Of a DNA stretch of 64,000 bases, positions 1 through 14,131 are shown piece by piece. Below the pieces are notes generated by a model. The model was given only the letters and a program-made list of their open reading frames with translations. It was not told where the DNA came from and did no database searches. The DNA comes from Chrysomallon squamiferum (lineage: Eukaryota > Animalia > Mollusca): the NCBI GenBank assembly GCA_012295275.1, contig CM022665.1, positions 992,001 to 1,056,000 on the forward strand, in the 5' to 3' direction. Both the position numbers and the translations under genes were made by a program. The stretch's first letter is position 1, and the number at the start of each line of letters is the position of its first letter.

Positions 1-1629
1 ACTGTTTATTTAGAATGATATTTATTGGTTTTGTAGATAGTTCTTTGACTTTGCATTTCATTTATTTGTTTTAAAAAGGCTTTCTTAATAAAGATCAACA
101 ATAAAAATACATTTATATCTCCTCATTGGATCTTCCATGTCCTTTTTTCTATGTGCATTTTTATAATACATTCTGCACTAAACATTAAATCATTTGTCTA
201 ACTTACACATTTAGCACTGAAATTAAAAAATATATTTCAAGAAAGATATGTGAACTTTTAAATTAATTTTTTGTTTTCTTATTCAGAATATTAGTATAGA
301 GGTTTGTTGTTTTTATTAAATTATATATTTTATGTTTTTTTATGAATAATTAGCATCATAGTCTTGTTACATGTAGAAATGTAAAATAAAGTTTTGAGTG
401 TTTATTGAAAAAGTAGGTGTTTCATGAGGCAACATAGTAATTATTACCATTATTGTGCACAGCTTTATCTTATTTTATTATTATCATTATTTTTTTATTT
501 TTTTTGCTTAAAGTGTGTAATTGTTCAGATTTACTGAAAACCATAAGGCCTTCTTTAAAATGTCACTTTACTTGATCTTACAGTTGGTTTGTTATTTCAC
601 TTAGTGCTAACTTCTGTTTTCTCTTCAATTTTCATTTTTTTTATTATTCTTTGATATAAAGAAATACTTTTTGTGTTATAACACTTAACAGTATGTAAAT
701 GTCTGTACTCTGTCCCACCCATGAAAGAAAATGTTAATAAAATGAAAAACAACTTTCACCTTTTTTTCAGCAGATTAAATAGATTTTGTAACATGTATAT
801 TTTAAAGAATGGTCTGATGGGTGTACTGTTTGCCATTTCTGTTGTGTGGTACTTGTTTTTTTATCATTTTTTAATCTTTCAGTTAAATCATTTTATTTTC
901 TTTGGTGTGTTAGATTTATAGAGCCCTGCTTGCCCTCTTCAGTAAGTTTGAGTGGTCCTGCTACAAACAAAGATACACGTATGTGCTTTTTATGTATTTA
1001 TTTGTAGTTTTCTTCATATGTTTGTGTATATATTGGTTTTGTTCTTTCATGGTAATTGGTATTACTGATTTAACTTTTCTTTTTTTTTTTCTTCTTCTTT
1101 TTTTTAAATATAAAATGTATTGTATATTTTGTTATGTCCTGTAATACTAATTTGTTTCTGTTTGCTTTTTATGATTGGCAAAACTAATTATTTTTGGTGA
1201 ATGTATTTGATTATTTGCCATTATTAATGTAATATAATAAATGAAATTCATTACTCTAGTATTTAGGGAGGTTTATATAGTCGTAAATTATTCAAATATG
1301 TTTATGTCCCTTAAAGATTCCAGCAAGAGCATACAGTCAGGACTGAGAAAAGTTTAGAGGATAAGATGTAGAGAATAAAGGCTGTATTGCTTATCTCTGA
1401 ACTGGAACAGATAGGAAAATGTGATCTCATTATCTACCTGTTTCAAAGCTGATTATTTGACCTGAATGTTACTGGGGCTAGTTGTCTGCATTTTAAAACC
1501 TTTTATTTAATTACTGGATTAAAGCATTAATATAAATCAATTTTTTATTTCTTTAGTATTTTCATATTCTTTTTTATTATTATTTTTATTATTCGCATAA
1601 ATTTGAATTTTTCTCTGGTTTGTTTTTAG

Positions 1630-1713
1630 ATTGGTGAGACACCATTCTTTGTTGCTCTTGATCATCGTTATAAAAAAGTTGTTGTCTGTGTTCGTGGAAC
1701 AATGTCTCTGCAG
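1630..1713 (+). CDS. DAGLA: DAGLA exon: [28 protein letters not shown]
   Basis: ttttag acceptor, CAG|gtaact donor, 84 nt, phase 0/0; RGT motif of lipase_3 domain. Confidence 0.93.
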
Positions 1714-4700
1714 GTAACTTTTTTCTGAAATTCATGATGGGTTTTTCATAAACTGTTTGTACTGGCAGTTTTTTTTTTTATTCTATTAAAACTGTAAAAA
1801 TTCTTTTAAAAATATGAAATCATATATACAACTTGGTAACAAAAATAATTTGATTTTTGTATTACTTTAGGCTTGCAGATAATTAAGTGAAACGTTTTTA
1901 TTGAAATATTTGTATTTAATTAATTATTTTACTTTTAATTTATTTAAAAATTAAAAAAAAAAAAAAAAAAAAAAAAATGTAGGATGTGTTGACTGATCTG
2001 AAAGCTGAACCAGAGGTTTTGCCATTGAATCCTCCTCAGGAAGAATGGCTGGGCCACAAGGTAAAATGCAAATAAACTCTCAAAACAATAAAAAAATAAA
2101 ATAAAAAAATAAAAAATAGAAAAATAAAATTATAATAATAATAACAACCCTAATATACATTTAAATGTAAACTTGTTAATGTATTTTTAAACCTAATCCA
2201 CGTAGAAGACTTGATTATTTTCTCTTCTTTAACTTTTTAGTCAGTTAATAAATATGAAAAGAAAGTTTATTTTATTATAATAATTATTATTTTTGTGATT
2301 ATTAATATTTTTTAGATGAGGTAAAATATTTTTCATTTTCATTTCTTAGTGCATGTGAAGCTTTTATCTAAATGTAGTTATCTCCCTTACATATATTTGC
2401 AGAACATTTTTTATATAATGGTGAGATAACTGATCTGACTCTTCCTTGTTTAAATTTAAAAAAATTATATATATTTATATATATTTTTGTAAGCTGTTGC
2501 TAGTGTAACTGGTCTGGCTTTGGTCTGTACCATACTGGTAATTTATTAATATTAATAATCTTAGAAATTATCTTTACAGGGCATGGTTCAGGCAGCACTG
2601 TACATCAAGAAAGAACTGTATACAAAAGATATTATTCACAAAGCACTGAATGAAGCTGAGGTATAAAGTTTTTCAATTAATAATTTCCATGGCTTTTTTT
2701 TTTATTTTTTTTTTTGATCTTTTTTTTACTTTTTTTATTTTTTTTTTTTTTTTATTCTTTTTTATTTTTTTTTTTGATTCAGCTATTATTAATTTTAAAA
2801 TTTGATATTTATTTCTTTCTTCTTTTTTTTGCTACATACAATAATGTACATGACACTGTTTTTGACATTCATTCAGGAAAATTGGCTAGAACAAGACATA
2901 ATTATTTGTGAAGAAGAGCTCATTGTTATTATCATCATTATAATATCAGATTGTATAAAATAAAATATTAAATATCACTAATCTATGTTTTATTTTTAGG
3001 AGAAGACATCAGAAAAATATGACCTGGTCATGGTGGGTCACTCTTTGGGAGCAGGTACTGCTGCTATACTTGCTATTCTTCTACGTCAAGAATACCCAAC
3101 CCTACACTGTTACGCCTATTCACCTCCAGGGGGTTTACTGAGGTAAATTTTGGAAGAATAAAAGATTTTTGAGTAGCTTTTTATGAATTAATGTATGAAG
3201 AGAACAATACCAACTGCATAGGTGAGTTTTGACCACATCTTGTGTTAAGTGAAGGACATACAATGTCACTATAATAAATACCAAAAGTGAAGACATTAAC
3301 AGTGCTATGAAATCAATATAATGAAATGATTTTTCAATACTAAAATAGAAGTTGTTTTAGGCTCAATAATGGCATAATCAAAGTAGCTGATTTTAATGCT
3401 AGATCCAAAACAAATTATTGAAGAAATGATTCTTTATTTTTTTATTTTTTTTTATAAGGCCACCTGAACATCATTCCAAAAATCTGTGTGCAGAGTTAAA
3501 TAACCTGAGTGTTGTTTTCTTTCATTAATTTAACTGTATACTGTTCACCTCAGACATGTTAATGAATGATAATGAAGACATCCTGCCACAAACAAAGCCA
3601 TCATCTAGTTAATTTACTTTTGTTATTACACATTTCTTTTACATATTCTTTGGGTCAGTGACACTTGTTCCTGTTTATGCTACAGTTATTAATATAATTT
3701 TCTAAATAAATAATTGAATATATTTATATGTGACCATCACATCGAACTAAGACTTAAATGTGCATGGCCACTATTGAGCTTTGATCCAGTGTTAAATTTA
3801 GTACATATTAATCCTAGAGCACTTTTATGAACACTCTTGTTTGCTGGATGCCTTATTTTCTGAGAAGAATTAAGCTGTTGGAGGTAGGAATATGAAAATG
3901 TTCACAACTCCCGTCATTCAAGACCTGCTTCAGTGTGATGGGTCACATAATTTATAGATTCACACATTAAAATGCATAAAAAAGGTTTATTCACAGACGA
4001 AGATGAATGCATGCATAAGCATACATATGAATAAACATAAACACAGATATTATAATCTTTAAATATTTACATTTGTAGAATATGTCTGGTTTTTTCTATC
4101 TCTCTCATTTTCTCAACATATATACAGGCAGTATGTAATTTTATTTCTTCTTTTTAATTCGCAGTTTGACATGTGTTGAAGAAACCAAATGTTACATTAC
4201 GTCTGTTGTTGTTGGCAAAGATTGTGTACCCAGGTAGGTTCACAATGTTTAGAGATTATGTTAGTAGCTAGCATACAAATCAATAAACAAGTAACTAGCT
4301 TATGTGAAAACAACAATAACTGATATTTGACCATTCTGTTAATTATTGTTTTTACAAATAATTATCTTAATTAGTGTCTACACTATGCAATGAGCTGAAG
4401 CCACTGCTCACACTGAATCATACTGTGATGACACCTAAACTGTAATTAGTTTAGTCTTACTCACATGATGCAAACAGTGTGTGGGTGACTGCCATTTACT
4501 GTTCAGCCATCTTTAACAGAGTTTGTTGCCCATGGAAGGTGTTTCTAGTATGTTCCATAGACTGAGTTTGATTCTTGTCTTTTATTGATTTGATTTTGTT
4601 GTTTATTTAGTTTACAAAATATGCAATAATTTTCTCTTTTCTTGTTAATTTAAAAAGTATTTTAGGAAAAATAACTGATCAAACTTATTGTTATTATTAT

Positions 4701-5688
4701 TATTTTTTTTAAATGTTTTTTTGTGGCTTGAAAATATTTTAGGAAAAATTATCTTTTATTTTTTATCTAACTAATCTAAATGATGATGTAAATCTGCTGT
4801 TGAGAATTGTGTTGTACATTTACATACCAGACCCATTACTGCTGGTAATCAGATGATCAAAGCATAATTATTCTATATTGGAAAATCTCTGACATATAAT
4901 TTGAATTTTACTGAATTTTCAGGTAACTTATTTTTTAATGTATCAGTCATTTACATAAATTTAAAAAGATGAAAAAGTATTAATTAACAGTCTATTTTCA
5001 GACCTTTTAAATTTGTATCTCCTGTCAATGGTTTTCAGTATAACTTGTCTTACAGAGAGAAATGGAGTTTTATAAATGACTGGTATTAATATTAGAGAAA
5101 ATATTTTAGACATCTAAGTTTAAAAAAAAACAAAAATAATAATTATCGCTGATTTATGCATTTCAGAATCGGCTTGCCTCAAATGGAACTTCTCCGAACT
5201 GATATTATTAACATGATCAAAGAAAGTACTGAACCTAAGGTAACAGTTCATCACTGTAAAAGTGCAGTTTATTTCCAAGAGTACAATGTATTTCAAATGT
5301 TTTTAGAAATAACATTATTTTTGTTTTTGTTTCTTTTTGTTTTAAAACTACATACCAGTTAAAAGAGCTAAATAGACTTAGGTATCCAAATCTGTGGTAA
5401 TGTGTTTTATAGTATTATTTTAGAATACGTAATAATGTTACAGCCACAGATTCAAATTTCCAGTTGTCTTTGCACTTATTTTATTTTACTTTCTACTACT
5501 ATTTATTTCTTTATTTTTTAAAATTTAATTATTATTATTATTAAATTTCTTTTGTATCTAGACTAGCATTAAAGTGACTTTGATATCAGTAATTACTTTA
5601 AACTTAATAGATAACATCCATATTAAAATGTGTAATTGACACTGATTATTATTTAATAATATTTAATCATTTACAATTGAACTTAAGA

Positions 5689-5731
<43 letters not shown>

Positions 5732-8700
5732 GAAAAAGCAATCAATAATTTAAAAAAAAGTGAATATAAGTAAAATGTGTTGGAATATGAACAAAATAAA
5801 CCAAAATAATATTCACTGAATAAAGATTAGTAAGATCTGCACACTGATTTTTGTCTTACAGTGGAAAATAATATCTTCGGCCATGTCATGTTGTCTTGGA
5901 AAGAACAGTGACGAGAAGCCCTCGGCTGACCACGTACTTACCAGAGATGTGACTGCACATCCCAGTGATGCACACATTGGTTTGTCAGCCACAACCCCCT
6001 TATATCCCCCAGGAACTATAATACATGTGGTGAGGACACACCCACGCCAGGAAAGAGGGTATGTTTAAATTACAGCAGTTTGAGTCATTAATTAACAACA
6101 AATGTGTTATTTTATTTTATTTTTTACCTGGAAAGAGAAATTAGTTAGATAATGTTAGAACTATTTAATAGAGAGGAAGCAGACACTTTTTAAATTAATT
6201 ATTGTGAACATGTAAGCAAAGTTTTACAAAATATGTTTGAAATAAGCATGTGCATGTGTTTATGTAATTGCATCCCATAACATTTATTAACCTTGTTTAT
6301 ATATATTTATAAGTAAGTGGGTGTCTTCCCCTAAATAAATACTTCACAATCAAGTTACAGAAATGAAACCAAATATTGATTATCTGAGCAACATCAGGTA
6401 TACAAACACATCATCATAGTGTGGAAAGGTAAATTAAATTTATAAATAAAACTGTAACTCACCTTTATATTTGTTATAAAAACTGAATTATTTACATCTA
6501 ATAGTTTGTTTAGTTAATACATTCATCTTGTAATTCCAATTTTGAAGAGTCAAGATTTTTCTTTTTTTTTATTGAAATTATAAATTACATTGATAATATC
6601 CCATTTTAGATATTCTTTTGAAGTTACTTCTCATTAGTGTATAAAATAACATATTTTCATAACTGCAAAAATTTAATGGAATGCTAAGGCCAAAATTAAA
6701 CAATTAAAAATCATTAATTTTAAAATTAAGAAAAAAATATATAGCTTTTCTTTCATTGAGTCAGACATTTGTCACTTTTGAAAAATATCTGTCCAAAAAA
6801 GTTCATCACAATTACAAAATTGTCTGTACATAATAAAATAATTATTATAAAATCAAATTAAAAAACAACCCTCAGAACTCATAACTGATGCTCATCTTGT
6901 AAAAATCATGTAAAAATATTTGTCAAGATGTGTTAAAAATCATATTCAACAGTTGGCATTTTTCATTAAACATACCTGAAATAATGTGAATGGAACCACA
7001 AGCTAACACCTTTTGTTGTTGGCACTATGGATTTTTTTATGTTATTTTATCTGGAGACTTTTGTTATACTACATTAATTAATCTTTATGCGCATTAATTG
7101 GCCAAGTAACCAAATCCTTACAGAATATTTCTTACTACTGATGAGTTTTTGTATATAATAAGATCAGTCAGTATAAAACTATAAGGTGTCAATTTACCAT
7201 CAACTTTGAAAAAAGGAGAATGTTAGATTCTGTTTTCTTAGTCTTAAATAAATTAACTAAAATACATGTGGTCATGTATCATCCTGTACTTTGAAGAACT
7301 GATGGAAAATGAATATGAAAGACTAACAGGCACTGAAATGTGTTGTATATTTGTGAAAAAATTAGTTCTTGTTAATGATAATTTAATTGATTAATTAATC
7401 TCTTTAAAAAATAATTATTATTGCTACTATTTCTGGTATAATAAATTAAATAACAACAATAATAATAACAATATCTTGTTACCTACATGTATTTTTAAAT
7501 TATCTTTTACTTATTTATTAAGCCTTCTGTTCACACTAATTTATTAGCTCAGTCTCAATACAGAAACACATTTTTAATTTTTTTACGAAATTTTAAGGAG
7601 AAAGCTAAGTGAAAATAAAAGTAATTTTTAATTTTTTTTATTTATTTTTTTTAAATTAAAAGTATCCACTCATGAAACTAAATGATTGTAACCCAGTGAA
7701 TTTGGAAAGTAAGAAAGTTATGAAATAATTGCAAACATTAATATTCTGCTAATACAAATCGGATATGTAGTCTAAATGCTATTACAAGTGAACACAGTGC
7801 GAGGCATATTAAGGAAAGAAAACTGAAAAATGATCACCATCATAAACCATTTGCTCATCTATACAAAATGTAACCTTGTGAAAATTAGTTATTGCTTCAA
7901 ACTGTTAATACATCTGTTTCATCAAACATTTGTAATTAAATAACCAAAATAAAAAATGATTTCCCCCTTTCTAATATCTTTAATTTATGACATATCTAAA
8001 TTTTATTCAAATAATTGTATTACATCTACTTTCATACTGAACATGTAAAACGTTGTCTTTGCTTTTCAGTTTTTGTAATAACCACATTTTATCTGACATT
8101 AAAATTAATGTGTGTAATTTATAGAGCTTATAGTCATAATATTTGTTTGTAATCAGTTAGTACAATATTGCTATTTGTTTTGATTCTGTTGTTGTGTTTT
8201 TGTAATAATCATGAGAGAATTTTGATAATACATAGCCAGGTATTATGTTACAGGTATTAATAATAATTTATTTTTGTCACCTTGGTGTGAAAACAGAGAT
8301 GTGTGTAATTTCAGATCGTTGTGTTGTAACAACACTCAGCCAGTGTACCAGGCAGTGTGGGCCAACAATGCAGATTTTGACGAAGTTCTCATCTCTCCTA
8401 CAATGATAAATGACCATATGCCAGACAGCGTACTGGATGCACTTGAACGGGTAATTACTTGTTCCTTTCTCACTTAGGTAATATTGATTTATGCTCACAC
8501 TGGGACCAAGATGCTGATTGCTGTTTGACATGAAACTTGCAGTAAAAGAATTTTTCTAAAATGGAAAATAAGATTTAGTTTGGTAATATTTCACTTGTTA
8601 TAAAATATTAATCTGAAAGATAACAGATAATGAAAGAGAAATGAAAATAAAAAAACACAAGATGATAAATATTTATGATTTTAATGAATAATGTTTGTTG

Positions 8701-10305
8701 AATTTATAATCAAATATGTCTTTGGTTTAGGCACTTCTGCATAAACATTTTAAGAATAATAAAACTGATTTTTTAAATTGTTTTTATTTTCAGTGTAGTA
8801 AATATAATTAAACAGCTTGGTCACACTTAATCAGTTAATTGTTGGGTTTTTTTCAAGTTTTTAAAGCCTCTTTTACAAATTTTAATACTCCCTTGTTCAT
8901 TATGTGGATGTATTCAGTATCATTTTGATTTATTTTACATAATATAAGACATAATGTTATAATAGTCATAAATTTATGAAGAAACACAATGAAATAATGT
9001 GAATAATAGGTATCTGAAACTTACTGAAAGTATGTGAAAAAGACTGGTATTTATGTTGCTACATGTATTGTATTGTAGGTTCTTGTCAAGGTTGGTCCAC
9101 CTAAGCCTGAACGGACACTCACAGAGGCAGAAAGAAAAGTTTTGTTGTCCCGTGATTCACTGTCCTCAAATCATTCATCTCCTCTCAAAAATGTCTGTGA
9201 GCTGAATTTCACCACCAACTGGTGTTCAGCTAGCAATACCCACAGCTCAGCAACAAATGAGTACTCTGCTGTAGACCAGCAGTGGGATGACATTCCTCTA
9301 CATTCTTCTAGTGGAGGAAATACTGTACAAGATGCTGACATAATATCAGAACAGGCTAACGAAATGACTTCTTCACCAATGTCTAGACTGTATCAGCCAA
9401 TGGCTTTAAATCTGCAGGAGTACAAGTTTGAAACTGCTCCTCTGGCAAGTCCAGAGACTTTGTCAGCCTCTTCAAGTGTGGCCATGATCAGCCTAGCAGG
9501 TGATGGGAAGGTTTACAGAATGCAGCCAAGTTATTCAGAGCTAGAAACCATTGCCCAGTCTCCAGAACATGACAGAAGAAAAGAAGTAAGTAATGTACAT
9601 ACTGTTCATGTTGATATTCTTCATGATGAACACTCAGTTACAGAAAGTGAAGATGGTAATTTGTGTGTCAGTAATACAGACAGCAATCTGAACTCCACAA
9701 ATGAAAAAGATCGATGTGAAAATGAAGTCTCTGAGAAATTCAGTGTTGATGCAGTGGTCACTGTTTGTGAGGGGCTGAATCATCAGAAATTTGTTTTTCC
9801 AAAAGATGAATCTTTCAAAAACAATTCCACAGTGGATGCTGAAATGTCAAGAAGCCCACTTGAAATGATGAAACAAGATGATAAATTTTCTCGACATTCT
9901 CCTGATGAATGCAATCAGTTTGAGTATGGACATCCCAATCTGCACTACTCTCCAGCAGGTATGGGCTACCCACATGGAGCATATGAACCTCTGCTTAATT
10001 CCATCACATCTCCTGCTCAACCTAAGATGGTTAACTCAGCTGAAGTTAAAGCCAGACATCATCTACCCATGAGACATTGTACATCAGCAGGCACACTGTT
10101 ACAGCCAGCTGTGGCTCACATCAGAAGGTCTCCAGAAATGACTGATATAGCCTACATTGAGGATAATGCAATGGTGTTTGAAGGTACTCCAATCAAAGAG
10201 GAAATGTCTTTTGACATTAAACAAGATCTCCAAGAGAGATGCAAACCAAACTCTGCTGGAGAAAAAATCTTTGACTTTCCAACTTCAGAATCTGAAATTG
10301 TCTGA
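1630..10305 (+). CDS. DAGLA: Diacylglycerol lipase alpha, 3' part: join(1630-1713,1983-2060,2580-2660,3000-3142,4165-4233,5167-5239,5862-6058,8315-8450,9079-10305); 5' exons outside window
   Basis: All eight introns are GT-AG with compatible phases and give one open frame. The protein has class-3 lipase motifs (VRGTMS, GHKGMVQAA, GHSLGAG, GKDCVPR, LYPPG, NDHMP) and a long C-tail typical of the alpha rather than beta paralog. Confidence 0.93.
1983..2060 (+). CDS. DAGLA: DAGLA exon: [26 protein letters not shown]
   Basis: 78 nt, phase 0/0, AAG|gtaaaa donor; DxxTDL and GHK motifs; acceptor TGTAG preceded by poly-A. Confidence 0.92.
2580..2660 (+). CDS. DAGLA: DAGLA exon: [27 protein letters not shown]
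   Basis: tctttacag acceptor, GAG|gtataa donor, 81 nt; completes HKGMVQAA motif. Confidence 0.92.
3000..3142 (+). CDS. DAGLA: DAGLA exon with catalytic serine: [48 protein letters not shown]
   Basis: GHSLG nucleophile elbow; ttttag acceptor, AG|gtaaat donor (phase 2). Confidence 0.96.
4165..4233 (+). CDS. DAGLA: DAGLA exon with catalytic aspartate: (S)[23 protein letters not shown]
   Basis: ttcgcag acceptor, CAG|gtaggt donor, phase 2/2; GKDxVPR motif. Confidence 0.94.
5167..5239 (+). CDS. DAGLA: DAGLA exon: (R)[24 protein letters not shown]
   Basis: tttcag acceptor, AAG|gtaaca donor; inside ORF 5156-5362. Confidence 0.92.
5862..6058 (+). CDS. DAGLA: DAGLA exon: [14 protein letters not shown]...[33 protein letters not shown](G)
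   Basis: tcttacag acceptor, GG|gtatgt donor (phase 2); PLYPPGxIIHVV motif. Confidence 0.93.
8315..8450 (+). CDS. DAGLA: DAGLA exon with catalytic histidine: [45 protein letters not shown]
   Basis: tttcag acceptor, CGG|gtaatt donor; [16 protein letters not shown] motif. Confidence 0.94.
9079..10305 (+). CDS. DAGLA: DAGLA terminal coding exon, about 408-aa Ser/Glu-rich C-tail ([12 protein letters not shown]...[11 protein letters not shown])
   Basis: ttgtag acceptor at 9077-9078, phase 0, in frame with ORF 9142-10305; stop TGA at 10303-10305. Confidence 0.9.
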   Translation, partial: VLVKVGPPKPERTLTEAERKVLLSRDSLSSNHSSPLKNVCELNFTTNWCSASNTHSSATNEYSAVDQQWDDIPLHSSSGGNTVQDADIISEQANEMTSSPMSRLYQPMALNLQEYKFETAPLASPETLSASSSVAMISLAGDGKVYRMQPSYSELETIAQSPEHDRRKEVSNVHTVHVDILHDEHSVTESEDGNLCVSNTDSNLNSTNEKDRCENEVSEKFSVDAVVTVCEGLNHQKFVFPKDESFKNNSTVDAEMSRSPLEMMKQDDKFSRHSPDECNQFEYGHPNLHYSPAGMGYPHGAYEPLLNSITSPAQPKMVNSAEVKARHHLPMRHCTSAGTLLQPAVAHIRRSPEMTDIAYIEDNAMVFEGTPIKEEMSFDIKQDLQERCKPNSAGEKIFDFPTSESEIV

Positions 10306-13153
10306 TACAGATGAACTTAAAATTCTTTTGATGCATATTTGATTAATTCAGAATTATATTCTGTTTGTTTTAAGTTGTATCCATGTTAGTCTGTGTTTTA
10401 GGGATATGAAAATGGTACACTTAAAGTATTTGAGTGTTCATGGAAGTGCCTCCAGGCTTTTGGCATTCTGGTTTAGTCTTTCTCTGATTCTGAAAGAAAA
10501 ACTTTAAAGATGCAATTTTATTAGTAGGTTATGAATTTAGAAACATTTTCATATTTTTGAATTCCATTATTAAAATTAAAATTATTTAATATTTACACTT
10601 TTGGCTGTAAGAATAAAAATAATTAGAACCATAAAAAATAAATTGCCCATGACAATATTCATTATTATAGAGAAACTTATCAAATGCTTTAAGAATATAA
10701 TGTAAACATCCCTGATTAAGAAAGACATATTGTTGATGTTTTAAATTATCATTTCTACAAGTATCTTTAACAGTATTTGAATTTAAAATTGTTGTGTGTT
10801 TAAAATACTCAGGTTCAAAAAACCCATCAAAAGTCAGGGAATAAAATAAATGAAAATTCATTTATTCACTGACTTTATCAGAATTTTCTGCATTTATTAT
10901 GGGGCACATATGTATTTTTGATTGAAATAAAGAGGAAGAATCAAGAAATACATTACAAAATATTTTTACTGGGAAGATTTTGTATTATATTTTAAGAGGT
11001 ACATTCCAGTTATTGTTTCAGACTGAAGAAAATAAAACAAATTTCAGGGAATAAAATAAACAATTTCATATCAGTCTCACATCATCTGAATCTGGCACAC
11101 AAAAAAACAGCAACCATAATTTATTAGGAATTAATATAAACTTGTTTAAAATTTATTTTGTAACCATAAACTATATATATCAGTCCTGTAGAGTTACTGT
11201 GTGTTTGTTGTTGTTTTTTAAGAAATATTCTCATTCCTTTGATTAGATTTTTGTTTTATTTGTATTGTGCAAGGTAATTAAAAGTGAAATATTGATAATA
11301 AATAAATTAACTCAAAAACCCCACAAACAAACGCATTAGTTAATTAATATTTATGGTAATATAAAATGAAAATAAGTGAAATGTAGTTCACATTAATAAA
11401 AGTATCCATGAAAGAATATTGTTTGAACAGGAATTAATTGATGATGATTGTTCTGTATATATGTAATACTGTATATATAATGTGAAAGTCTATTATATTT
11501 CTTGTTTCCTCTAATAAATGCCAGGTAAAAGTATGATAATGAGTACATGCAATCCATAATTGTTGTTATTATTATGATTATTATATTTTGAAATTTATTT
11601 ATCTATTTTGCAATGAAACATTTTTGTGGGAAAAAAAAAAAAAAGAATATCCAGCCAGAAACCATAGAAACACCAAAATCTTCTGAAAGAAAGAACTTGC
11701 TGAGTATTTGCTAGAGGAAAGATGGTATTCTGTTAAACTTGAAAATATTGTTGCAAATGCAGTTGGCTGTTTGTACATTGATTTTATTTATTGTATTCTT
11801 TAACTGAATGTATTAACAGAAATTCAGAATTTATTGTTGCTATTACTTGTGAAATTTTTGTTGTTAGTGCTTTTTTGAAGTGTCATTTTAAAATTATTTT
11901 TTATCCATTAAAAGTATTACTTTTACATAGTTTTATATATAATTTATTTAATGTGTAAAATATAGTTAGTGAAACATTTATGAAATATACAATTTGAATT
12001 GGTGAATTATATTTTGGTGTTACTTACAATTTTACATTTTGAAACATATTTTTTAGTTAGTGCTGACAAAACACTGTTCACTGTGATGAAGTGAGGGTTT
12101 TGGCACAATTATATTAACAAGATAGATATATATATATATATATATCTCTATATTCAGGGTTTTTTTATTTTTTATAATATAAATCTTGTAGCATGGCAGC
12201 TGTGTTTATCAGTAAAGGCTGGCAACTTTGATTCTTGTTATATCTGGGAGTAATATGCACAGTTTCAGTGAAAATGCACAAAACGCTAAGTATCATAACA
12301 TGTGACTAGCTGTTAGTCATTCCATGCTACAAGTACACTGTACATAAGACCAGTAATAGACTGACTTAATATTTCAAGTCATCTATTTTACTGCATTACT
12401 AAATTGACAGTGCAAATACCTTGTTGGTCCCTTCTGTTAACCAGTAACATGTCTTTAGATTTTTTTAAATATTCTCTTTGGTTTATTTTCATCCACTGTC
12501 TTTAAAGTTTTTCCTTACAGAATTTTTACATTATCCTGTGGATTTAAATTTTTGTATTTGGAATTCACTTTAGTTCCTTGTATAAAACCCTGAAACAACA
12601 TAATGTTAAAACGTTCTTCCTGACCCCAGTGCTTGCCACTTTTATTAAAATGTTTACCATCATCATACTCATTAAACTGATAAATGTAAAAAAAAATATA
12701 TTTGGCTAGGTATTTAATTTTAAATAGTTTCATTTTAATAATTATCTAAATATATTAAAAATCATTTTTTAAAATCATTAATTTTCATATATACATACTA
12801 TGTGCATATTTAGCTATACAATAGCAGGAACATACAGTTTTAAAATTATTTTAATGAAATATTATGAAATTTTATTGTTAATCTCATTTGTGGTATATAA
12901 CTAGTGCTTTATTGAAAGACAATCCAGTATAGTGAAATACTCATTACAATGATCAAACTGACTGAATTTATTTTACTACATTTGTTTTTATTTCTTTTTA
13001 AACATAATGCAGTAAATCTTTGACTTCTGTGTTTTTGTTGTTTTAACGTAGGCTTTTAGACCATCTGTAAGCGATGCAAAGGTTTCTAACATAATTTTGT
13101 TATTTATTTAATTTGTTAATTAATGAATTAATTTATTGTTGTTGTTATTGTTG

Positions 13154-13185
<32 letters not shown>

Positions 13186-13624
13186 TTTATTGATATATTT
13201 ATTAATTTATTTATCTTTATTATTATTATTGTGTTTTTGTATTAATTTTTGTATTTTTTAATTATTTTGTAGTAATCAAAATAAAATAAAATAATAAATA
13301 AAAGTTAACTGAAAAGCTCCAAAGATAACTGCCTTTTTTTTTTTTTTTTTTTTTATATTTTAAATTTGCTAACATCAGGTAATTTATATTTCATTAATTT
13401 ACAGATTGCTTGTGTGTTTTTTTCAAACATTTCTCTCAAATGTGCCCTTTTCTATTTTTATTTAATTGTTTTTATTTCTTTGTCACATTTGGGATGTACA
13501 AATACCAGTATATTATGTCTATAAAGACAAGAGATTTCTGCCTGAAAATCAGGCTAACTTTGATATTAATTGTGTGTGCTATTTTGACTATGTTATTGAT
13601 AAAAATAGTGTCTTTGTAGTTTTT

Positions 13625-14089
13625 TAAATATATTAAAACATAATCTGTTAGTATTAAAACTGTTAATATTGTAATTTTGTCATATTAAAATGGTTACTGT
13701 TGTAATTTCATCATATTAAATTGAACTTTAGTCATTTAATATATTAAAACATGAGAATATATAAATGTTACTGTAAAATAATCATATCTAAACATGTTAA
13801 AAATATGATATCATTAAAACATATTTTAAACATTGAAGTTATTAGCAGTGTAACATTAAAACATGGTATGGTAATATATCAAAATAAAAGATGTTAATAC
13901 TGTATTAATATTAAAACAGTGTTATAATGTCATTGTATTAAAACAAACTGTTAGTAATGTAATATATTAAACATGGATGGTGTTAGTAATATGTTAAAAT
14001 GTAAACTGTTATTACTGTAATATTATCACATTAAAACACAAGCTGTTAGTGATGTAATGTCACTGTGTTAAATATACACTTAGATAGTA

Positions 14090-14131
<42 letters not shown>

